Positions 10,120 through 16,982 of a stretch of 48,046 nt of DNA are shown here, piece after piece (position 1 is the stretch's first letter; each line of letters opens with the position of its first letter). The position numbers and the translations under genes are program-made. The DNA is taken from contig JABHRR010000029.1 of assembly GCA_018670095.1 (NCBI GenBank), forward strand, positions 1 through 48,046, given 5' to 3'. The notes below the pieces were generated by a model that made no database searches, was not told the origin of the DNA, and worked only from the letters and a program-made list of their open reading frames with translations. The stretch is from Candidatus Woesearchaeota archaeon. GTDB lineage: Archaea; Nanobdellota; Nanobdellia; Woesearchaeales; GW2011-AR9.

Positions 10120-10901
10120 GAGTAATCCCTCACCAATTCTTCTGTTCCATCAGATTTGATAAAAACTACTTTATTATTTGTTCCAAGTTTTATTCCATAT
10201 CTTGGAATCAATAATTTCTTTAACAAATCTTCATCAGCAGTTTTGAATACATTACCACTCATGCTATATCCAAAAGCTTGGAAATCTCCTTCAATCCTAA
10301 CAATTGAACGTTCCATTTCTACAAATGCGCTAGAACCAATATTTCCTCGAGCATATATTTCTGAATCTTTAACATTAGCACAAAAATAGTGATTAGCATT
10401 TCCTTCAAAATTAATTCTACACTTCTCAGCGCCCCAAGCAAAATCAGAACCAACATTTCCTACCACATTAACAACTAAAGGATAACCAAGGTCTCTATCT
10501 CTTAATTCTAAACAAACTTCATCTAAAGGGGGTAAATCAACAAGATCTATCCGGTAATTATTATGTCCTGCAATAAATGCATTATCAACCAACTTACTGA
10601 TAAAATATCCCATATTTCTTTTATAATTCTCATCCTCTTTTAAATGTAAAGTTGCCCGTAAAAAAGCATTTAGTTCATGATTACTTAAAACATAAGGGAT
10701 TCCTAGAAATGGTTTTTTATCTAATTCAAAAGTTTCATCTTCAGGAATATCTTTTTCTAAAAACTTTTCAAAGTTCTGAACAACTTCAACAAGAACATTC
10801 TCACCAACAGTTTCAACTTTACTCTCACTTTCAATAACCTGAGCAGTGTGACCACTAAGAGAATCTTCCAATGACTTACCTTTCTTTATTGCTGCTTTCA
10901 T
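10116..10901 (-). CDS. Leader-bearing GXGXG beta-helix paralog 4 (subfamily B)
   Basis: Leader; close copy of 8441..9226. Confidence 0.85.
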   Translation of the reverse strand: MKAAIKKGKSLEDSLSGHTAQVIESESKVETVGENVLVEVVQNFEKFLEKDIPEDETFELDKKPFLGIPYVLSNHELNAFLRATLHLKEDENYKRNMGYFISKLVDNAFIAGHNNYRIDLVDLPPLDEVCLELRDRDLGYPLVVNVVGNVGSDFAWGAEKCRINFEGNANHYFCANVKDSEIYARGNIGSSAFVEMERSIVRIEGDFQAFGYSMSGNVFKTADEDLLKKLLIPRYGIKLGTNNKVVFIKSDGTEELVRDYS

Positions 10902-11692
10902 TTCTCAACCACCAATAATTCTTTTTTACCATCTGGATGAACAAAATAAATTTCATTATACTTAAGAGCTTCAGCATATATTGCAGTATATTTCTTTCTA
11001 ATAATTTCAAACGATTCTCTATCTGAAATTAAAGCAGTAGATCCTTTCGCATTAACAAGATTAATGTTTTCAACCCTACTTTTTAAATCAAATAAACAAT
11101 TAGATGAACAAAAACCAGTCATCACACCAACATCTCCACTAACATAAAATTCAGAATTATTAGCACGATCCCCACAATAAAAACCTGTATCACCATCTAA
11201 ATAAAATTTAACATCATTTGAATTAACACCTAAGTGGGTTCCAACATTTCCTTTAACTCTGATAGATAAAGGTTGTTCTTGAGATCCATCTAAAAAAGCA
11301 CCCATCGCTGATAAAAGTCTTAGATTCTGAACATTCAAATCAAATAATGAATTGCCATCATTATAAGATGTTTGTATTAACCCACTCAAAAATATAGAAG
11401 TATTTAACAAATAATAAGAATGGTCTTCATTAGTAATAGTTGATTGTAAAAAAGTATTAATCTCGGCAGGACTTAAAACAGTCTTAATTTGATCTCTAAT
11501 TCTAACCCAAGCATTTACATCAAGATCACCATCTGTAATAAAATTTCTATCAAGAAATTCTCTATACTGATCAAGAACACCACCAAACTTACCATCTCCA
11601 ACAGTTTCAACTCTACTCTCACTTTCAATAACACCACTAGTGTGACCACTAAGCGAATCTTCCAATGACTTCTTCTTCAAAGCTGTATTCAT
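10898..11692 (-). CDS. Leader-bearing GXGXG beta-helix paralog 3 (subfamily A)
   Basis: Leader; NTSxFLSGLIQ; C-terminal FVHPDGKKELLVVEK shared with the two upstream genes. Confidence 0.85.
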   Translation of the reverse strand: MNTALKKKSLEDSLSGHTSGVIESESRVETVGDGKFGGVLDQYREFLDRNFITDGDLDVNAWVRIRDQIKTVLSPAEINTFLQSTITNEDHSYYLLNTSIFLSGLIQTSYNDGNSLFDLNVQNLRLLSAMGAFLDGSQEQPLSIRVKGNVGTHLGVNSNDVKFYLDGDTGFYCGDRANNSEFYVSGDVGVMTGFCSSNCLFDLKSRVENINLVNAKGSTALISDRESFEIIRKKYTAIYAEALKYNEIYFVHPDGKKELLVVEK

Positions 11693-12492
11693 TTTTCAAT
11701 CACCAAAAGTTCTTTATGTCCATCTGGATGAACAAAATAAATTTCATTACGTTCAAGTGCTTCAGCACGCACTACTCCAGCATATTTCTCTCTAGTTCTT
11801 TCAAACAAGTCTCTATCTGAAATTAAAAAAGTAGATCCTTTCGCATTAGCAAGATAAATATCTTTAACTTTACCTCGCAAATCAAATAAACTGTCACGAG
11901 AACCAAAACCAACCCCAGAAACATCTCCCTCAATATAAAATTCAGAATTTTGACTACAAGAACCACAAAAGAGAGTAGTATTTCCATTTAAATAAAACTT
12001 AACATCTTTAGAACTAACACCTAAATAGCTGTCTATATTACCATTAACTTTTATAGATAAAGGTTGTTCTTGAGATCCGTCCAAAAAAGCCCCTATGGCC
12101 CACAAAGAATTAAAATTCTGAACATTCAAATCAAAAGACGAATTACCATCATTATAAGACTCCTGAATTAATCCACTTAAAAATAAAGAAGTATTTGACC
12201 AATAAAGAGGATGATCATCACAGATAGCAGTTAATTGTAAAAAATTATTAATTTCTTCAGGGGTTAAAGTCCGTTTAACTAAATCAAAAGCATAACTTAC
12301 ATCCTCAGCATCAAAAGCACTACCTTGATAATTAAAAATCAAATTCTTATCAAGAAATTCTTTATACTGATCAAGAATATCCCTTAATTCATTTTCCCCA
12401 ACAACTTCTACTAATCTCTCACTTTCAATAGTACCGCCAGTGTGACCATTAAGAGATTCTTCCAATGACTTCTTCTTCAGTGCGGTATTCAT
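11689..12492 (-). CDS. Leader-bearing GXGXG beta-helix paralog 2 (subfamily A)
   Basis: Leader; similar to 10898..11692 and 12489..13301. Confidence 0.85.
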   Translation of the reverse strand: MNTALKKKSLEESLNGHTGGTIESERLVEVVGENELRDILDQYKEFLDKNLIFNYQGSAFDAEDVSYAFDLVKRTLTPEEINNFLQLTAICDDHPLYWSNTSLFLSGLIQESYNDGNSSFDLNVQNFNSLWAIGAFLDGSQEQPLSIKVNGNIDSYLGVSSKDVKFYLNGNTTLFCGSCSQNSEFYIEGDVSGVGFGSRDSLFDLRGKVKDIYLANAKGSTFLISDRDLFERTREKYAGVVRAEALERNEIYFVHPDGHKELLVIEK

Positions 12493-13301
12493 TTTTCAAC
12501 CACCAAAAGTTCTTTAGTATTATCAGGATGAACAAAATAAACCCCGTTATATTCAAGAGCTTCAACATGAGGAGTTTTTGTATGATATTCACTAATTCTT
12601 TTAAACGATTCTGGGTCTGAAATTAAAACAGTAGAACCTTTTGCATTAGTAAGATGAAGTCCATCAACTTTACCACGCAAATCAAACAGACAATCAGATG
12701 AACCAAAACCAGCCACGCGAGAAACATTTCCACTAATATAAAATTTAGAATTACAAGCCAAGGAACCACAAAACTTATCTGTATCACCATCCAAATAAAA
12801 CTTAACACCACCCGAATTTATACCAAAATAACCAGCTACATTTCCTTTTACTCTAACAGAATAAGGGTGTTCTCTAGTTCTACATAAAAATGCTCCAACC
12901 CCTTCTAAAGGTTTTAATCCTTGAACATTCAAATCAAAAAATTCATTACCATCATTAAAAGACGCCTGTATTAATCCACTCAGAAACAAAGAAGTATTTC
13001 TACAATAGTAAGAATGATCTTCATTAATTATAGTTGTTTTCAAAAAAGCATTAATTTCTTTAGGACTTAAAACAGTTTTAACTTGAGCAAAAGTAATATA
13101 TCTTGCTTGATAATTAAACCCGGTAGAATTAAAATCTATCTCCAGAAACTCTTGATACTGATCAAATAAAACTTTAAACTTATTCCCTCCAACAACTTCA
13201 ACGGCCCTAGAACTATCTACATGAGCAGTATGTCCTTCTAGCATAGTCTCCAGACTAGGTCCTTTCTTCAAATGGTTGTGGGTCATAATTATAATCCTCA
13301 A
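12489..13301 (-). CDS. Leader-bearing GXGXG beta-helix paralog 1 (subfamily A; divergent leader)
   Basis: Leader variant LKKGPSLETMLEGHTAHV; alternative start at 13286. Confidence 0.83.
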   Translation of the reverse strand: MRIIIMTHNHLKKGPSLETMLEGHTAHVDSSRAVEVVGGNKFKVLFDQYQEFLEIDFNSTGFNYQARYITFAQVKTVLSPKEINAFLKTTIINEDHSYYCRNTSLFLSGLIQASFNDGNEFFDLNVQGLKPLEGVGAFLCRTREHPYSVRVKGNVAGYFGINSGGVKFYLDGDTDKFCGSLACNSKFYISGNVSRVAGFGSSDCLFDLRGKVDGLHLTNAKGSTVLISDPESFKRISEYHTKTPHVEALEYNGVYFVHPDNTKELLVVEK

Positions 13302-14689
13302 AATCCTTGAGGTCTAATCTCTCTAAATCTGTGAACATATTCTTTTACGAGAGGGTGATCAATCTTAGTAGCCGTTAACAAATCATTAGCTCTTGCTTTT
13401 TGATCTTCTGTTAAACTACCATCATTTTTCAAAGCTACAACTAACAAATCAATATCCTGTTTTACACTGGCATAATTTGATTCTATTTTTTTAACCAAAG
13501 CTCTTGAAAAATGCATTTCTTTAGGTTCTCCAAATAAACCTTCTCTATTTTTTTCTTCCCAGTCACCTTTAAAGTCTGGCGTGAATTCAACCCGATGACC
13601 TAAAACATGCGGAGCCATAGCTTCAATAAACTCTTTACCAACTTCACTTGCACCAGTTAAATATGCTAAAGCTTTTGCATAATCTTTCATAGCTCTTATT
13701 GCTCTTGGAGAACATCCGTTCTCAACAGAAGTACTCGCCAAAGATTGAGCATGGTTAGATGTATCAACTGGATCATTGCTTCTCTTTCGACCAAAAGTGG
13801 GTGTACTGTTCAACTCACTATTAATCATCTGAGTTAAAACCTTTGCTTCTGTACTCAATGGAATATCTCTTATCCGAGCCATAACTTCTCTCTTCAAATC
13901 ATTATCAAAAACAGTAGTTCCAACTTCTCCAGTCTCTAATTTCTGGACATAAGACAATTTTGCCTCTTCTATTTTTTCAAATTTTTCTTTAATCTCAATT
14001 GATTGATTATTAACAATTCCCATAATCCTTTCAGTCAAAGAAGTATCCCATAATTCATCTCTAATATTATCCCGAGCGTTTTCAATATCATCATCGTAAA
14101 GTGCCCCAATATATCCAATTTCTATGTGTGCACCAAACCTATCTCTTAAAGGTGGAATCATAATATGATTACCATCATCTGGATGGTTTGCAGTAGAAAT
14201 AAACGGTGTTTTCCCTGAATAAAAAGTTGAATTTAAATAATTAAATCTACCAGTTTCTAAAGCGTTTAAAAGTTCGTCCTGATTACCTCCAGGTAAACGA
14301 TTAATCTCGTCAATTATTCTTACCGGTAAATAAGCACTTAATAACCAAATAACTGATTCTTCTTTAGACAATTTAGAAAAATCAGGTCTAGCAATCATAG
14401 TTTCATAAGTTTGATCGGGATGACCTTGAATCTGGGCCGCTTCATATAAATCGAATGGAAATCCACTCATTACTGAACTAACAACTTTAGCAGCAGTAGT
14501 TTTAGCGAATCCGGGTTCACCAACTAATAAAGGATTCTGATCCATGATATATGATAAAGCTAATAGAGTAGTATTCCAATGTGGAACTTCTATATCCCCA
14601 CCGATTCTTTTAGTTTCTGGATCTATAAAGAAATATTTTCCAATAACATCAATGTTCTTTTGTAAGCCTAATTTATATTTATCTTCCAT
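13298..14689 (-). CDS. MoxR-family AAA+ ATPase
   Basis: Walker A GEPGFAKTT, Walker B IIDEINR, sensor I TAN, Arg finger PLRDRF, sensor II SPRA; VWA gene in the same operon. Confidence 0.88.
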   Translation of the reverse strand: MEDKYKLGLQKNIDVIGKYFFIDPETKRIGGDIEVPHWNTTLLALSYIMDQNPLLVGEPGFAKTTAAKVVSSVMSGFPFDLYEAAQIQGHPDQTYETMIARPDFSKLSKEESVIWLLSAYLPVRIIDEINRLPGGNQDELLNALETGRFNYLNSTFYSGKTPFISTANHPDDGNHIMIPPLRDRFGAHIEIGYIGALYDDDIENARDNIRDELWDTSLTERIMGIVNNQSIEIKEKFEKIEEAKLSYVQKLETGEVGTTVFDNDLKREVMARIRDIPLSTEAKVLTQMINSELNSTPTFGRKRSNDPVDTSNHAQSLASTSVENGCSPRAIRAMKDYAKALAYLTGASEVGKEFIEAMAPHVLGHRVEFTPDFKGDWEEKNREGLFGEPKEMHFSRALVKKIESNYASVKQDIDLLVVALKNDGSLTEDQKARANDLLTATKIDHPLVKEYVHRFREIRPQGF

Positions 14690-14840
14690 TTTTTTTCACT
14701 CCTTTCTCTGAATTGTCAATGAAACTATTAACAGCAAATTCTATAACGTGACTCTTATTACGAAATTTTCCTGACTCAATAAGATTTTCAATCTCATTCA
14801 CAGTCTTTTCTTCAACACTAACACTAAGCTTTCGTTTCAT
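14679..14840 (-). CDS. Ribbon-helix-helix (CopG/Arc/MetJ-like) regulator, 53 aa, not in ORF track
   Basis: MKRKLSVSVEEKTVNEIENLIESGKFRNKSHVIEFAVNSF...; beta-ribbon KLSVSV and G(K)FRNKSHVIExA helix motif; overlaps the AAA start; TATA box 24 nt upstream. Confidence 0.85.
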   Translation of the reverse strand: MKRKLSVSVEEKTVNEIENLIESGKFRNKSHVIEFAVNSFIDNSEKGVKKNGR

Positions 14841-14880
14841 ACTACCGCGTAGTAATTACTACTACTTATAAATCTTTTGG
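14841..14880 (-). promoter_or_regulatory. BRE/TATA promoter with palindromic putative RHH operator
   Basis: Minus strand CCAAAAGA-TTTATAAG (TATA 14865..14872); perfect palindrome GTAGTAATTACTAC (14849..14862) and ACTAC-CGC-GTAGT (14841..14853) between TATA and ATG. Confidence 0.7.
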
Positions 14881-15116
14881 TGATAACACTCCTGCCCAAT
14901 AGTAAATTCAAGAGATTATCAATTTCAGCCAACAACCAAATTCTCTATTTAGTAGCACTGAGACAAATTCGTCATCAGTAGTAAAACTGTTTTTCACTTC
15001 CAAAATGGTATCAGCTTGGAGTATATATTTTCCACTTCAACATTCTTTATAAACCGATTCTATTTCCAAAGAAGCTAGGTAGATGTTTATAAAAAAGAGG
15101 GGTGGGTGTTTTCAAT

Positions 15117-15194
15117 ATGTCAAAAATTTCTTACAAAGCAGCAATGAGTTGTCACACATTAAGTTCTTTCATAGAAAGTGAAGAAGAAGAATAA
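15117..15194 (+). CDS. Putative 25-aa peptide resembling the operon leader
   Basis: MSKISYKAAMSCHTLSSFIESEEEE; TTTATAAA at 15086..15093, 23 nt upstream; T-rich tract after the stop. Confidence 0.45.
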   Translation: MSKISYKAAMSCHTLSSFIESEEEE

Positions 15195-15386
15195 TTTATT
15201 TTTATTTATTAAACATCTTATTAAACAATATTTCTTTAACAATATGAAAAGAGATCAACATATTTAATTATATAAATAACACAATTATCTGGATAAAATT
15301 TAATAGTTCTCAAAATATAAATCCATCATCATCCCCCAGTAGTAATTCCCATAAGATTTATAAACACAAGCCTATTATACACCAAT

Positions 15387-16478
15387 ATGAGACTTATTTC
15401 ACTGATTACACATGGTTTTTTAGCCGCATCATTGATGGGCACACCTCATCAAAGCCATAATATAAATGATCTTATTAAAACTAATCATGAAGTTGTTCAA
15501 AATGAAACTGCCGAAATTGAACCATCAGAGTTATATATTGTAACTGAGATTGAAGGTTCTCAACAAGCTGACCAAAAGCCTAAAAAAGTTACTATTGATG
15601 ACAAAGTAAATTTACATGCTGTATTAAAAGCAAAAGAAAACAATAAATCAATTTATTTTTCAAACGCAAAAAATATCAAAATTAATGGTAAAAAAATAAA
15701 CCCTAAACAAATCAAACCCTGGCCAAAAACAAAAGAAATTGATATTGAATGGTTTAAAGTTGAACCAATAAAAGAAAGTTATTCATACGTTAATTCAGGA
15801 AATAGAATTAAATATGAAGAAACTAAATTTGATCAAGGGTGGACAACCATTGCAGACGTTCATCCAACATACCTAATGGATCAATTTCCTGAAGAAAAAA
15901 CTGGTGTGGGAGTTATGCGTTATAAAGTAAAATTAGCTACTGACAATAAAACTTTATCAACACCAGGTAAAAATAAAAATCGTAAAGGTGGTATAAGCGA
16001 TAAACTTGTCCGTGTATCATTTCGTCCAAACACTGGCAGTTGGGTAGATTATGTTTTTGAACTGTTTAACACGCCTTACATTTGGGGTAGTAGAACTAAA
16101 CAAATTGATGGCCAAGTTGGTTCAGACTGTGCAGACTTTGCCTTATATGGATGGAGACGAGCAGGAAGTAAGTTACCATATACTTGGTCCTATGGCCTTA
16201 AAGATAAAAAGTATACAAAAAACGTTGCAACAATTGATGGGATGACAGACAACGGTCATTTTTTAAATCAGAAAAGAAAAGAAATTACTTATTCACAAGT
16301 TAATGAGGGTGATGTAATTTTATATCCAAGACACATTGCTGTGCTATACAAAGATAATGGCAACAAAATATTTGATTGTGATGATTTAGTATTACATACT
16401 TTATTTGAAGAACCTAAAATTGATACGGTCTGTGAAGCTTATGGCATTCCCGAAGAAGTACTTCGTTGGAAAAAATAA
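15387..16478 (+). CDS. Secreted NlpC/P60-like (papain-fold) hydrolase
   Basis: Signal-like N-terminus; TPYIWG...SDCADF...GDVILY..HIAVL, matching the NlpC/P60 Cys-His signature. Confidence 0.72.
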   Translation: MRLISLITHGFLAASLMGTPHQSHNINDLIKTNHEVVQNETAEIEPSELYIVTEIEGSQQADQKPKKVTIDDKVNLHAVLKAKENNKSIYFSNAKNIKINGKKINPKQIKPWPKTKEIDIEWFKVEPIKESYSYVNSGNRIKYEETKFDQGWTTIADVHPTYLMDQFPEEKTGVGVMRYKVKLATDNKTLSTPGKNKNRKGGISDKLVRVSFRPNTGSWVDYVFELFNTPYIWGSRTKQIDGQVGSDCADFALYGWRRAGSKLPYTWSYGLKDKKYTKNVATIDGMTDNGHFLNQKRKEITYSQVNEGDVILYPRHIAVLYKDNGNKIFDCDDLVLHTLFEEPKIDTVCEAYGIPEEVLRWKK

Positions 16479-16502
16479 AAATAATTGTGAGGAATATAAA
16501 AA

Positions 16503-16982
16503 ATGATAAATAAATTAAATAAAATTGCTCTTGCTACTAGTTTATACTCAACATTAATGTTCGGAGCTGTAGACGCTGGTTATGCTAAAGAAAAACCTAA
16601 AGAACCACAAAGCACCGAAGAAAGATCTATATTAGAAGATATATTAAAAATACCAAACTGTGTCAGAAAATTTAGAAAAGATCTTAACCAAGGTCCTGAA
16701 GGAAGAGAACTAGTACTTGTTGAACTTGCTCCAGGAATGAAAAGATATATTTTATCTGATAAAGACGGAGATTTAATAAAATCTTTTGCTAAACATGAAC
16801 TCCATATGAACGATGAAGATATTGATCAATTAGTTTATCAAAAACCAGAAGGCGGACACGTAGATTATATGGGTCACGCATTTAGATGTACACCATTTAG
16901 TAATTTATATAATCAAATTCAAAAGACTTTCAATAAAATGGATACTAACCATAATTTAGTAATAGAACCAAGAGAACGTTAA
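16503..16982 (+). CDS. Secreted hypothetical protein with C-terminal EF-hand-like loop
   Basis: Signal peptide-like N-terminus; FNKMDTNHNLVIEPRE (DxNxNxxIxxxE). Confidence 0.6.
   Translation: MINKLNKIALATSLYSTLMFGAVDAGYAKEKPKEPQSTEERSILEDILKIPNCVRKFRKDLNQGPEGRELVLVELAPGMKRYILSDKDGDLIKSFAKHELHMNDEDIDQLVYQKPEGGHVDYMGHAFRCTPFSNLYNQIQKTFNKMDTNHNLVIEPRER

Larger units (their letters stand above)
1070..13235 (-). repeat. 13 dispersed direct repeats (about 60-100 bp) encoding the shared leader
   Basis: Core GTGTGACCACTAAG..TCTTCCAATGACTTCTTCTT (+ strand) near 1070, 1852, 2631, 3580, 4460, 5581, 8389, 9171, 10061, 10846, 11640 and 12440, with a degenerate copy near 13227. Confidence 0.9.

Noticed and set aside
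8481-10837. Repeated plus-strand ORFs (8481, 8977, 9842, 10156, 10652), also 1666
   Set aside because: Antisense shadows of the array genes; the recurring pairs exist only because the sense genes are duplicated.
1901-10901. Diversity-generating retroelement (TR/VR pairs)
   Set aside because: No reverse transcriptase in the window. The repeats are whole intact genes with differences along their length, not a short non-coding template with a 3' variable region. A trans-acting DGR cannot be fully excluded.
1070-13235. CRISPR array or integron attC sites
   Set aside because: The repeats are in-frame coding sequence about 0.8-1.1 kb apart and non-palindromic; no cas or integrase genes.
328-13301. 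Annotating the paralogs as glutamate synthase or formylmethanofuran dehydrogenase subunit C
   Set aside because: Only the GXGXG solenoid is shared. No other Glt or Fwd subunits or cofactor motifs are present, and 13 diversified copies do not fit a metabolic subunit.
139-15200. tRNA-integrated island or provirus
   Set aside because: No integrase, no duplicated tRNA end noticed, and no viral hallmark genes.
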